A DNA stretch of 64,000 bases from Octopus bimaculoides (GCF_001194135.2 NC_068993.1:57129418-57193417), one strand, 5' to 3'. Counted from the first letter of the stretch, positions 41,160 to 53,900 are shown. Notes: generated by a model not told the origin, from the sequence alone. Program-made: numbers and translations.

Positions 41160-41435
41160 TTCTATATTTAAGAGATGAGGAATTATGTACATTATTTACA
41201 TTTGAGGGATATTTGTCCTCATCTTGTTTGTTGTTAACACAACGTTTTGGCTGATATACCCTCCAGCCTTCATCAGGTGTCTTGGGGAAATTTCGAACGG
41301 GCATATGGCATCCCAAGATTCCGAGTTCGATTCCAGGTAGTGGCCTAAATAATAATAAGAATAATAAGATCGAAAAATACCTTAAGAATGAGAACCCAGG
41401 TTCGAAATTTCCCCAAGACACCTTATGAAGGCTGG
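41160..41435. mobile_element. Inverted pair of a hammerhead-bearing repeat (Penelope-type terminus)
   Basis: 36-bp inverted arms at 41263-41298 and 41400-41435 with one mismatch. The right arm runs into the N-gap. B-box gagttcgattcc lies at 41323-41334. Confidence 0.75.
41236..41281 (-). ncRNA. Type I minimal hammerhead ribozyme motif (G12A variant)
   Basis: Minus strand reads GACAC-CUGAUGA-A-GGCUG-gaggguauau-CAGCC-AAAA-CG-UU-GUGUU. Stem I (GACAC/GUGUU), stem II (GGCUG/CAGCC) and the palindromic AACGUU stem III are present; GAAA is AAAA in this copy. Confidence 0.7.
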
Positions 41436-41966
41436 NNNNNNNNNNNNNNNNNNNNNNNNNNNNNNNNNNNNNNNNNNNNNNNNNNNNNNNNNNNNNNNNN
41501 NNNNNNNNNNNNNNNNNNNNNNNNNNNNNNNNNNNNNNNNNNNNNNNNNNNNNNNNNNNNNNNNNNNNNNNNNNNNNNNNNNNNNNNNNNNNNNNNNNNN
41601 NNNNNNNNNNNNNNNNNNNNNNNNNNNNNNNNNNNNNNNNNNNNNNNNNNNNNNNNNNNNNNNNNNNNNNNNNNNNNNNNNNNNNNNNNNNNNNNNNNNN
41701 NNNNNNNNNNNNNNNNNNNNNNNNNNNNNNNNNNNNNNNNNNNNNNNNNNNNNNNNNNNNNNNNNNNNNNNNNNNNNNNNNNNNNNNNNNNNNNNNNNNN
41801 NNNNNNNNNNNNNNNNNNNNNNNNNNNNNNNNNNNNNNNNNNNNNNNNNNNNNNNNNNNNNNNNNNNNNNNNNNNNNNNNNNNNNNNNNNNNNNNNNNNN
41901 NNNNNNNNNNNNNNNNNNNNNNNNNNNNNNNNNNNNNNNNNNNNNNNNNNNNNNNNNNNNNNNNNT

Positions 41967-42346
41967 TATTTGTTGTCATTCCGTCGCTTACGAGGTCGAG
42001 GGTTCCAGTTGATCCAATCAACTGAACAGCCTGTTCGTGAAATTAACGTGCAAGTGGCTGAGCACTCCACAGACACGTGTATCCTTAACGTAGTTCTCGG
42101 GGGGATTCAGCGCGAGACAGTGTGACAAGGCTGGCCCTTTGAAATACAGGTACAACAGAAACAGGAAGTAAGAGTCAGAGAAAGTTGTGGTTAAAGAGTA
42201 CAGCAAGGTTCGCCACCCTCCCCTGCCGGAGCCTCGTGGAGCTTTAGGTGTTTTCGCCCAATAAATACTCACAACGCCCGGTCTGGGAATCGAAACCGCG
42301 ATCTTATGACCACAAGTCCGCTGCACTAACCACTGGGTCATTGCGC
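41967..42346 (-). mobile_element. tRNA-like SINE family B, near full length
   Basis: Reverse complement of the 10694 copy with a longer 3' tail. The head reads gcgcaatgacccagtggttagtgcagcggac...ggtttcgattccc. Confidence 0.9.
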
Positions 42347-42809
42347 ATTCATATGCTAATGATCATCTGTCTATATCTATTGAACCCGGTTTCATTTTTT
42401 CACAACAAATACGACCGTATTGTATTTATTCGAGAAACATTCGTCGTTATACAACTCATATTCTTTTTAAAACTTGATAGTCAACGTTGGTAGATCTCTT
42501 TGTCGTAAAGCTTTTTGCACACACACACGCACACACACAAAAAAGACGGCTTGCGAAATTTATGGTATTTCGGCTTCGTTTATGAAGTAACATGCCTTTC
42601 TGTTTTTCTTTTTCTTTTTGTGTTCGTTACGAGACTTTATAAAAGGGTATATTTAGAATAACTTCCATTTTGCAGCCTGTTGAAGAAAGCATCGAGTTTA
42701 TGGAGATATTTATGAATGTATGTCTATCCTGAACAAATTTATATCCAAGGAAAACACTTATAAATTTATTTCGATCTGTGTACTACCATCGATTATATAT
42801 ATATGTATA

Positions 42810-42847
<38 letters not shown>

Positions 42848-44869
42848 NNNNNNNNNNNNNNNNNNNNNNNNNNNNNNNNNNNNNNNNNNNNNNNNNNNNN
42901 NNNNNNNNNNNNNNNNNNNNNNNNNNNNNNNNNNNNNNNNNNNNNNNNNNNNNNNNNNNNNNNNNNNNNNNNNNNNNNNNNNNNNNNNNNNNNNNNNNNN
43001 NNNNNNNNNNNNNNNNNNNNNNNNNNNNNNNNNNNNNNNNNNNNNNNNNNNNNNNNNNNNNNNNNNNNNNNNNNNNNNNNNNNNNNNNNNNNNNNNNNNN
43101 NNNNNNNNNNNNNNNNNNNNNNNNNNNNNNNNNNNNNNNNNNNNNNNNNNNNNNNNNNNNNNNNNNNNNNNNNNNNNNNNNNNNNNNNNNNNNNNNNNNN
43201 NNNNNNNNNNNNNNNNNNNNNNNNNNNNNNNNNNNNNNNNNNNNNNNNNNNNNNNNNNNNNNNNNNNNNNNNNNNNNNNNNNNNNNNNNNNNNNNNNNNN
43301 NNNNNNNNNNNNNNNNNNNNNNNNNNNNNNNNNNNNNNNNNNNNNNNNNNNNNNNNNNNNNNNNNNNNNNNNNNNNNNNNNNNNNNNNNNNNNNNNNNNN
43401 NNNNNNNNNNNNNNNNNNNNNNNNNNNNNNNNNNNNNNNNNNNNNNNNNNNNNNNNNNNNNNNNNNNNNNNNNNNNNNNNNNNNNNNNNNNNNNNNNNNN
43501 NNNNNNNNNNATATATATATATATATATATATATATACATGTTTGCACCATCGCACGAGCGCACGTGTGCGTGTATACACAAATATGTGTGTTTATATGA
43601 GATATATGGGCTGGAAGGTGATTTTGTTGCCATGAAATATGAAGTTGTGCGTGAGGATATATGCAAATAAGAAAGAAACGACTGACTACGTGTGATATAT
43701 CCGTTTTTATAAACACTCATTTCTCATTTATTACTTTATATGTGTAAAATAATACGTATACATACGCGTGTGTCTCGGTGGATCTGTGTGCATATGTGGT
43801 TGTGCGTCTGCACGTGAGTGTGTGACATCGATTGAGCTTGTGCGATAATAAACGTGTGTATACGTTTTTCCTCTCCTTCTAGTCAATCTATTGCCGCCTT
43901 TTCACTTCGTTCAGCCTTATCTCTCTGTCTTCAAGTTTGTTTTCGCAATTCTCTTTCACTCCATCTCTCTCTCGACTTTGAATCACCATCTCCACCTTCT
44001 TGAAATGTTCTTCATAAATAGATATATTCTTTCTGTGCTTTCTTTCGTGTCTGCACTCACACACATACACACAGAAACACAAATACACTCAGACAAATAC
44101 AAGCAAGACACACACACTTATATACGCACACACACACTTATATACGCACACACACACACGGTGACAAAACATCAAGGAGCTTCAGACAAACACACATACA
44201 CATAATATGACAATCACACATAAATACAATATGGCAGATGCAGATACATATTCAGAAAGAGAGACAATATCACGCTTGAATACAGACATGCGCACACATG
44301 CATATATACATACATGTTAACACAATTACATATATGGAAATATATATGCATATATAGAGAGAAATTCACATAGAGAGGACATTGATAACGCATATATTAG
44401 TGTTTATGAATAAAACACAGCTGGAGATNNNNNNNNNNNNNNNNNNNNNNNNNNNNNNNNNNNNNNNNNNNNNNNNNNNNNNNNNNNNNNNNNNNNNNNN
44501 NNNNNNNNNNNNNNNNNNNNNNNNNNNNNNNNNNNNNNNNNNNNNNNNNNNNNNNNNNNNNNNNNNNNNNNNNNNNNNNNNNNNNNNNNNNNNNNNNNNN
44601 NNNNNNNNNNNNNNNNNNNNNNNNNNNNNNNNNNNNNNNNNNNNNNNNNNNNNNNNNNNNNNNNNNNNNNNNNNNNNNNNNNNNNNNNNNNNNNNNNNNN
44701 NNNNNNNNNNNNNNNNNNNNNNNNNNNNNNNNNNNNNNNNNNNNNNNNNNNNNNNNNNNNNNNNNNNNNNNNNNNNNNNNNNNNNNNNNNNNNNNNNNNN
44801 NNGTAAATTGTCGCCATATTATTTATATAATTTCACGCTTGCTCATTGTTTGTTTTTGAATTTATCGAC

Positions 44870-45597
44870 TACACAGTATAGTAGGATGGACTGGGCACCG
44901 TCTGTGTGAAAAACAGCACCATCATGCCATTCACTCCGCCAGAAATCAGAAATTTGGTAAAGACATGCTGTACTGTGTGGCATTCGCGCAGTATGCTCCA
45001 ACACCAACAGATGGTGAACAGACAGAACAACCGTTGGCTTGCCGAGTCCCTACAATATGTTCTGAGAGTGATAAAAATCAAACATCCAATCATCATAGTG
45101 TTTGGAGTGATCACTAGTGATGGTGGCATTATGCCTCCATTCATCATTCCACACGGAAGCTGACCTAACCTGAAGACTTACAACAAGTGCTTGGAGGAGG
45201 CAATGATGCCCTAGGTCAAGAGGGTGACTGCTGGAAGACCCTATTTGCTGACAACATGACTCTGCACCAAGCCACCCAACCAGGAGAACCCAGTCATGGC
45301 TGTCAGACAATTTCTGAAACAATATCATCCCCTAAAATCTGCCCACCTAACTACCCAGACTGTACCCCACTTAATTATTATATGTGGGACGTAGTTGAGC
45401 GAGAGACCAACAAAACTCCTTGTAAACCAAAGATGAACTGAAGGCAAGGATTATGGCAACATTCTCCAACTTAAACAAAGAAACGGTCCAGAAGAATTAT
45501 GGGAGAATCCGTAGTCGTCTGTAGGCCGTGGTTGAAGCCAATGGCGATTTTATTGAATAAATTTCCTCTTTAGCATTTCAAGATATTTCTATGTAAT
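44870..45597 (+). mobile_element. Tc1/mariner-superfamily transposase remnant, maT/DD37D-like C-terminal half
   Basis: QMVNRQNNRWLAES, KHPIIIVFGVITSDGGIMPPFIIPHG, PPNYPDCTPLNYYMWDVVERETNKTP and RL*AVVEANGDFIE*, interrupted by stops and frameshifts. Confidence 0.85.
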
Positions 45598-45963
45598 NNN
45601 NNNNNNNATATGTATATTTAATTACACGTACACATACACAAATGTATATATATCATCTACATAATTTTTTTCTCTTTTCCTTTTAAATGGACAAAAACTG
45701 TAATATATTAATAACAGCCATATTAATAACAAAACCACTTCTAAAAAATGGAGGAAAATAGTAATAAACAGACATTCAGGAATAGAAAAACCACCGCGTC
45801 TACCAAGAGAATTATATGAAAACTATGACTAGGAGTAATAATAATTGAGGATCCGGTAATTACATTTTCCCCTTGTTATCTATCGAGACTATCTCGAACG
45901 ACAGTTAGGCACAGTTGCACATATATAAACGTATACATACGCATATATAAACATGTACACACA

Positions 45964-45994
<31 letters not shown>

Positions 45995-46154
45995 CACGTA
46001 TACAGGCAAATATACGCACACATGGTAACATAGACATGCTCATAAAGAGATATGCAAAGGAATGTACAAATATTAAACATATATTAGGCATCAATACTCG
46101 TGCACATCGAGTGCAACATAATCACATCCTACAGCATTGATATATAGAAACCAG

Positions 46155-46198
<44 letters not shown>

Positions 46199-46565
46199 GT
46201 ATATATGTATTTCCTTTATTTCGAGCAATGTAGGTAGTACTCTTCACCGTCAGTCACAATTAGTTACAATCGTTTTTGGGTTTTATAGTGCATAAAACCG
46301 TCTTCGTTATTTTATAATTTTCACATGCCATTTTGATGAAACAGCCATTGATTCAGACGGTAAATACTATCTACTGACAATCGCGATTTAACCAAACAAT
46401 TCAGTGACGAAATAGTCCTACTGAAGAGCTTTGATTTTAAGGGAAACTAGACTAGTATGGCTATCTCGCTCACTGTGGGGCGGTTCCTCCCTGTTAGTTC
46501 ATATATATATATATGCGTGTGTGTGTTTTATACTAATGTATACCCCCCACACGTAAATATACATT

Positions 46566-46768
46566 GTTCTTTTCTAATCTAGGCACAAGGCCCGGTATTT
46601 TGGGCGAGCGGTCCAGTCGATTAGATCGACCCTAGTACGCAACTGATACTTAATTTATCGACTCCGATAGGATGAAATGCAAAGTCGACCTCGGCTGAGT
46701 TTGAACTCAGACGAAATACCACTAAGTATTTCGCCCGGCGTGCTAACGTTTCTGCCAGCTCGCCGGCC
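46566..46768 (-). mobile_element. SINE family A
   Basis: Near full-length reverse-complement copy. Confidence 0.9.
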
Positions 46769-47904
46769 TGGTATATATATACATTGCTGATATGTACAAA
46801 CATCGGCAGAGAGTGATCTAAATGATAAATCTCTGTTCTCGAACGAAATACTCTTTTGATACTTTTCAGTCACCATTGTACATTCAACATTCAGTTTTCA
46901 CTGTCTGCACCGAAAGTGTCGTAGACTTTACCTTTCTGCCTTCCTGGTTGGTAAATGCAGTACCAGTGTAGGACTAGAGTTTTTGTAGTCGACGACAAAT
47001 CCTTCTCTAAATTTCAGACATTGTGCCTGTATTATATAAATTATTATTGCTGTTATTGTTCTTATTTGTATCAAAATATCACAGTGTTTTACCCATTTAA
47101 GAATGTACAGGATTTACGAAATAGCAGTTGTTGACCTTAACTTTATCTTCATTTGAAACATATGGTTCGTATATATTGGAATATTCGGTGGAAAAAATAT
47201 TCACTAATTGCTCGAAAATGAAGAGTTTTGAAATCCTCGGTTTAATACATGTATTGAATGGTTGACTGAAGCGGGTCATGTTCCTTTAGTTGAAGAAATC
47301 TGGCATGTGCTGCCTAGAGATAATTATTTTCTATAATGAAATTTCTGAAATAGGGAACAGAAATAGAGGATAAATTTACTTGTAAAATTAATGAACATTC
47401 ATAAATTGATTTTATGATCTTGTTTTAATACTCCTCTTGAAAGGCAAGTATTTATATAACCATCCTCTTGGGAGACCTATTGAGAAAGGGAACCTGACCA
47501 CTGGATCTGCTAGAAAGTGCAACCATATTGAAGGGAAATCACGAATTACAGTCTTGACAACCGAGAGACTGGTTATTGTATTTCTCTTTTTACTGGAAAT
47601 AAAAAGAAAAAAGTAAAAGGAAAGCGCTATTGTTATGAGTTCAAAGACTTGAAACATTGATCAACTCCATTAAAGATGGCATAGAACCAGACAAAAACAA
47701 CTACATCATTTCTTTTCATTTTTTCGGTCTCAGTGACAGTGATGGATACAAGGCACGTATAAAGCTCTGTCACAAAGGATATTATCATCTTTAGGTCAGT
47801 TTCATGTTTCTTTAAAATTAGCGCTACCGACACTGTAGGTTATCTAAGCAGGAAAATAGATTCATGTCTAAACTGATTTAGTCTATAACTTCGGTTTTAA
47901 ATTT

Positions 47905-48132
47905 TAGCACAATGCCAGCAATTTCGGGTCATGATGTAAGTCAATTACATCAATCACAGTGTTCAACTGGTACTCATGGTATCGACACGGAAAAGATAAA
48001 AGGCAGAGTCGACCCCAGCGGAATTTGAGCCAAGAACGTAAAGACAGATGAACTGCCGCCAAGAACGTAAAAACAAAAAGCCACTAGGTTTCTTACCCGG
48101 TGTGGTAATGACTCAGCATGCACGCCGCCTTA
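47905..48132 (-). mobile_element. SINE family A (diverged)
   Basis: ggcagagtcgaccccagcggaatttgagcc...gcacgccgcctt is the reverse complement of the head and central domain. Confidence 0.75.
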
Positions 48133-48640
48133 GTTTGGTTCACAAAGTAGGGCTCAAATTCTGATAGATAACAATTGACGAGTGTACGGTCAGTTGTAAC
48201 AAGAGATGTACGAAACTTTTGTTTGTTAAATGGCTAAAGGTTTATGAATCCAAGCAACGTTATAATTTAAGCATATCTCAAGAAAACAACTGTTTGTGAA
48301 GAAGAAATTAATAAGTGGTCAAAGACTGGGTTAAAATATAATCAAAAGTCTTGACAACTATGTAACAAGACAGCAAGGTAACTAGGAAAAATCAATAATA
48401 GAAATAACAGCAACGTTCACTTATATAGAACAAAAGAAATACAAGAACAACATAAAAAGATAGACATCAACAATAATAAAATGAAAAGTATTAGACGGCA
48501 TGCAAAAAATAGCAGCTATATTAATTTCAGATCACTCCTTTCCGCCTTTAATGATAAAAAACTAATTGGATAATATGAGAACTGATGTTTAAGAAAAATA
48601 ATTCACACAAAGTTTAGGGATGGAATATCTTCAGGGAGAT

Positions 48641-48830
48641 TTCTTAGTTCTTAGTCCATCCCGCGTCTGGTGGCGCATTGGGCAGACAACATTCTCCGCT
48701 GATCTCTATCGGCAGCCTCTCTCTCGATGTTTTCCCATTTTCTGTTTATTACTGCTATGTCTGCTTTGAACGATCTGCACCATGTTGTTTTTTTTTGTCT
48801 TCCTCTCTTTCCCTTTCCGCCATGGTGTTT
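48641..48830 (-). mobile_element. RTE-clade LINE 3' end
   Basis: Minus strand reads EAADRDQRRMLSAQCATRRGMD* followed by a (gaactaa)n tail. An upstream GKRGR-like motif fits the typical RTE C-terminus GRP..TW...A.DR..WR..V.ALC. Confidence 0.75.
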
Positions 48831-49090
48831 TTACAGAAAATATCCATGAAGCAGTTTATCGGGGCATAGTTCGTAAAGGGTTTACTTCTCCAATACTGCA
48901 GTAGAAATTTTCATCTGAGTGTACTGGAGCAAACAATATAAACTGCCCTGCTCAATAACACTACGTGCCACATGAGCGGGGTGGGGGAGTGCATATACAT
49001 CCACTCAATCATTAACCCAACAACTAACCGAGTAGCAGAGACGACTTGGCTTTTAAGTTATGCCTCATTACCATATATATTTATACATAC

Positions 49091-49135
<45 letters not shown>

Positions 49136-50082
49136 AATACATATATATACATATATATATATATATANNNNNNNNNNNNNNNNNNNNNNNNNNNNNNNNN
49201 NNNNNNNNNNNNNNNNNNNNNNNNNNNNNNNNNNNNNNNNNNNNNNNNNNNNNNNNNNNNNNNNNNNNNNNNNNNNNNNNNNNNNNNNNNNNNNNNNNNN
49301 NNNNNNNNNNNNNNNNNNNNNNNNNNNNNNNNNNNNNNNNNNNNNNNNNNNNNNNNNNNNNNNNNNNNNNNNNNNNNNNNNNNNNNNNNNNNNTATACAT
49401 ATATGTTCAGTAATATCACTGCATTTCAGATAGCTAATCTAAATTTAGGCTTTTGATAAGATTATCAGATAAGGAAAATAGCCTAATCTATTAACGCCAA
49501 GCATATAACTTAATTCAAAAAGCGCCCTTCGTACGTCAAAATGTACCCGGTTGCGGGAAATGCCAGATGTTGTTTATTCTTGCTTGCATATTTCTGGAAT
49601 CCAAGTTACCATAAAACCGAAACACACTTAAAATTCATTTTTCGGTATCTGGAACATTCCAATCAGCCATCTGTTTAATTCTCTAACTCATAATGATACG
49701 CCATATTTTCCCTTTCCATTGTCCAAATATTCTGTAGTTTCAATATTCTTGGTTTAACGTGATTGAAGCATCGGACTACTATTGGTTGATTCTCCAGGCA
49801 GGCATCTAATTACGATGTACTCTGTGCGTGCGCGCGCGCATGTATACTTATGTGTGTGTGGGTTTGTGCGCGCGCGCGCTTATGATTCTTCAAATCTCAA
49901 TCAAAAACTTGTACGCTTCTTATAGACTACTTCAATATGTACGATTCTTTCTTATCATATCTCAGTTCAAACCAAAGTCACTTTGTTGGTGTATTTATCA
50001 TGTATGCATCTAAGTCTTCCCATTTTGTTTGGAGTTTGTTGTATATATGTATGTGCATACAGATGTGGATATACATATATAT

Positions 50083-50089
<7 letters not shown>

Positions 50090-50118
<29 letters not shown>

Positions 50119-50332
50119 GTATTTAAATGTACTTAGTTACGTATACATAATACTGATATATATATATATATATATACATTAGCATGTAGATGTACCTACG
50201 TATACTTAAATACATACATATAAATATATATATATACATACATACATGCTCATATATAAATATGTATATATATATACATACATATATATATATATATATA
50301 CATGCATATACACACACACATATATACATATA

Positions 50333-50400
<68 letters not shown>
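50090..50400. repeat. (CA)n/(TA)n-rich microsatellite field
   Basis: Seen directly. Confidence 0.95.
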
Positions 50401-50404
<4 letters not shown>

Positions 50405-50669
50405 GCACACAAACTGATGTATATTGTACACATACATGCTAAAGATAATTTGAAGAAATGGAAATAATACAACTCCTTCCAGACATTTAAACACTCAAAC
50501 CTATTTTATGTTACTTCGCCTTTATACAAAGTTGTATAAGTCATCTGAAAGTTTAAACAATGAGAAGGATGCGCACAGACAACACATGCTGTAAGCATAT
50601 CACTAATCTTTTGTTCTTCTGTCTTATGTCAGCAGAATGGAACGTGCAGTGATATTACAATATTCTATT

Positions 50670-50952
50670 CTAGTCTACACGACCTTGAAAATTTTGGGGC
50701 GAACGGGGTATGTCGATTACATTGACTCCAGTACGCAACTGATATTTATATTATCTTCTACGAAAGGGTGAACGGCAAAGTCTATCTCAGCGAAATGAAC
50801 TCAGAATGTGAAGACAGAGCTCAAATTCCACCGAGTTTGACTTTGTCTTTCAACCTTTCTGGGTCTGTAAATTAAGTACCAATTGCGCCGCTCTAATCGA
50901 CTGGCCCACCTCCCACAAAATTTCGAGCTTTGTGCCTAGAGTAGAAAAAAAT
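50670..50952. mobile_element. Two abutting SINE-A 3' halves in opposite orientation
   Basis: Minus copy at ~50670-50820 and plus copy at ~50818-50952. Confidence 0.75.
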
Positions 50953-51120
50953 ATTCACGCATTTTAGTCGATTTTTGTGTTCGTTTGTTTTTTGTTTTTT
51001 TTTTTACATTTTTGGTGCATCGGGGTACACCGATTTATACCTCTATGCGCGAACATAAAGATATATAAAGCTGTACATCTTTTATTCCTTTGATGTTCCA
51101 CTTGTTTCAGTCGCTGCACG

Positions 51121-51324
51121 GAACTGGATCTTTGACAGAACTGCATCGTTGACAGAACTGGATCGTTGATAAAACTGGATGGTTGAGGGAACTGGATCTT
51201 TGACGGAATGGGATCGTTGACGAAACTGGATCTTTGACGGAACTGGATCGTTGACGGAACTGGATATTTGACGGAACTGGATCGTTGTCGAACCTGGATC
51301 GTTGATAAAACTGGATATTTGTAT
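51121..51324. repeat. Minisatellite, 12 x 17 bp (gaactggatcgttgacg)
   Basis: Twelve contiguous units counted, with substitutions but no indels. Confidence 0.95.
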
Positions 51325-51514
51325 GAATAAAATCAATCTGCCGAGAGCGAAGACGGTTTCCTTTTATCAGTCTTTAGTTACATCATGTTCTTTCATCTGA
51401 AGCTACAGAAAACGGTGCTTGCCCAAGAAAAGAAGCATCCAATTTGGAATCAGGAACTCATGGATACTCACAGAACTTGTTAACGAATGAACTATATTGC
51501 ACCTGCATATATTA

Positions 51515-51737
51515 TACAAGGATGTGCTGAAAAAATTCCTGGCTTTCGGTAAAAGAAAATACAGGACAATCCGTTAATTATGATTTTATTCAACATATTC
51601 CGCTTTCAAATTCACACACTCCATTGCAGAGGTCTATCAGTTTTTCTAAGCTCTGTAAAAGAGCTCAGAAGCTTGGGCCTACAACCAGGCCTTTTGCTAT
51701 ACACTTAGAGCCAGGAAACTTTCAGAAAACATCTGTC
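51515..51737. mobile_element. Mariner-type MITE
   Basis: TA plus caaggatgtgctgaaaaaattcctggct at the left, and imperfect inverted agccaggaaactttcagaaaacatctg at the right. About 220 bp, non-coding. Confidence 0.7.
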
Positions 51738-52147
51738 TCTCTGAAATTATATATCACAAAGATAATACATTATTATGTCGGCAACTATGCTTCAAAACAA
51801 ACGAATATCTGAGAATTGCGGCACTTTTTAATGAGCGTACGACTTCTTGAGGTAGGATCTATATATATCGGCATCACTCCTATGGTATTTCAGCTAATCT
51901 TTTAACGCTCTGAGTTCAAAATCCTACCGAGGCCTCAATTCCTTCTTAATATTTCTGTACCAGTTATGTATTAAAGTCGTTTTAATCAAATGCCACTACA
52001 ACGTTTGACTTTGTGTCTCGTATACAGGAAATCTAAAAAATTAATATACATATATTACCAGGTATCTTTAGCGTTTACGTCTTCATCTGTGTTACGAGGG
52101 CGTCAGTCTACATTCATAATCAATGGTGGTATTTCTGAGTAACTGGA

Positions 52148-52345
52148 GACGGCGAGCTGGCGGAATCCTTAGCACACAGGGCAAAATGCTTAGCGGCATT
52201 TCGTCCGATCTCAGGTCACGAGTGCAAATCCCGACGAGGTCGCCTTTGCCATTCATCCTTTCGAAGTCAATAAAGTAATTGCCCCTTAATAACTGGGGTC
52301 AATGTAATTGACTTACTCCCTTCCTCAAAATCTCTGGCGTTGAAC
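52148..52345 (+). mobile_element. SINE family A
   Basis: gacggcgagctggcggaatccttagcac...gaggtcgcctttgccattcatcc. Confidence 0.85.
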
Positions 52346-52424
52346 CAACATCTGAACTCAATATTTCTGGGTAACTTACCCGGTCTTAGACAAGATACGA
52401 CACGTACTATGCATATAAATATTG

Positions 52425-52612
52425 GTTTCAAATTTTAGCCCAATGCCAGCAATTCCGAAGGTGAATGAAAGTTGATTAAATCGAGCGCAATACTTAAATA
52501 GTGCTTATTTTATCCACCCCGAAGTACAAAAAGCAAAGTGGAATTTGAACACAGAACATACGAAATACCTCTAATCATTTTCCCCGACTTGCTAACGCTT
52601 CTTCCCACCTTA
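52425..52612 (-). mobile_element. SINE family A (diverged)
   Basis: Reverse-complement tail, ttattttatccaccccgaa and ttgctaacgcttc head remnants. Confidence 0.7.
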
Positions 52613-53007
52613 GCATATATATAAATGGTGAAAATTACGCACTTAAAATGTTGGGTTAATGGTTCCGTATATTACAATCTAGACTGACACTAAGTTCGAA
52701 AGTCCAAGAGACCATGGGGAGAAATAAAAAAACAGACATGATAAATCTTAACATATCAGTTATGCCAGGTTAGATTTTAATAATTCCTTTTTTCCAAAAT
52801 ATTCTTTTTTAAGTGGCTGATCTTCCAAGTTCTTCCAGTTTAATTCTTTCTTTTCTGTTTCAATCTTTGGTTATATATTTATTTTGAGCTTCTTTGATAT
52901 TATAAACAGATGTGACGGATATGTTGTCGTCTATTTTAACTCTCCGAAAGAAATTCTATACACTGGCACTGATGCAGACGCTGACACTGACACACAGACA
53001 AAGGCAA

Positions 53008-53280
53008 GTATGTATGTATGTATGCATGTATGTATGCACGCATGCATGTATGTATGTATGTATGTATGAATGTATGTATGCATGTATGTAGGTATGCATG
53101 TATGTATGTATGTATGCATGTATGTATGTATGCATGTATGTATGTATGCATGTATGTATGTATATATGTATGCATGTATGTATGTATGTATGCATGTATG
53201 TATGTATGTATGCATGTATGTATGTATGCATGTATGTATGTATGCATGTATGTATGTATGCATGTATGCATGTATGTATG
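53008..53280. repeat. (TATG)n with CATG interruptions
   Basis: Seen directly. Confidence 0.95.
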
Positions 53281-53325
53281 ACCCTTTCTGGAACGATAAC
53301 TGTAAACTACTTGATAAATTCGAGG

Positions 53326-53365
<40 letters not shown>

Positions 53366-53414
53366 NNNNNNNNNNNNNNNNNNNNNNNNNNNNNNNNNNN
53401 NNNNNNNNNNNNGT

Positions 53415-53670
53415 TGTGAGTATTTATTGAAACAAAACACCTAAAGCTCCATGAGGCTAGGAATAGGAAATGGTGGCGAACCCTGCTGAACTCTTTCACC
53501 ACAAATATCCTTCATGTTAACGGTTCTGCCAGCTAACCACCCCGATGTAATTTAATATTGCAATGTATTTTTTCATCCTTTCGGGGTCACCATTTGCGTA
53601 CTGGGGTCGAGCTAATCGACTGGCCCCTCCCACAAAATTTCGGGCGTTGTTCCTAGAGTAGAAAAGAATA
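53415..53670 (+). mobile_element. Partial SINE-B (~53415-53510) and SINE-A 3' half (~53575-53670)
   Basis: ctaaagctccatgaggc...ggtggcgaaccctgctg, and ggggtcgagctaatcgactggcccctcccacaaaatttcgggc. Confidence 0.8.
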
Positions 53671-53900
53671 TTGAAATGTATTTTGTCCACCACTTTATGG
53701 AGTCTATCATTACAACGTCTCCCATAAATCTCTCTTTCAATATTAACATCTCTCCATGGACCAAACTGCAGTTAAAAAGAGCGCTATCGGGAAAGTAGAG
53801 GAACATTGGATAATACATCATATGAATAAAAAATATATGGTGTTCCCACTGAGATCACTTTTTGTCATAGGCTTTCTTTTCGAAGGATCTGTAGTCGAGC

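Noticed and set aside
51121-51324. 17-bp array as a CRISPR or as bacterial -35 (TTGACA) boxes
   Set aside because: The units are contiguous with no spacers, there are no cas genes, and the context is eukaryotic.
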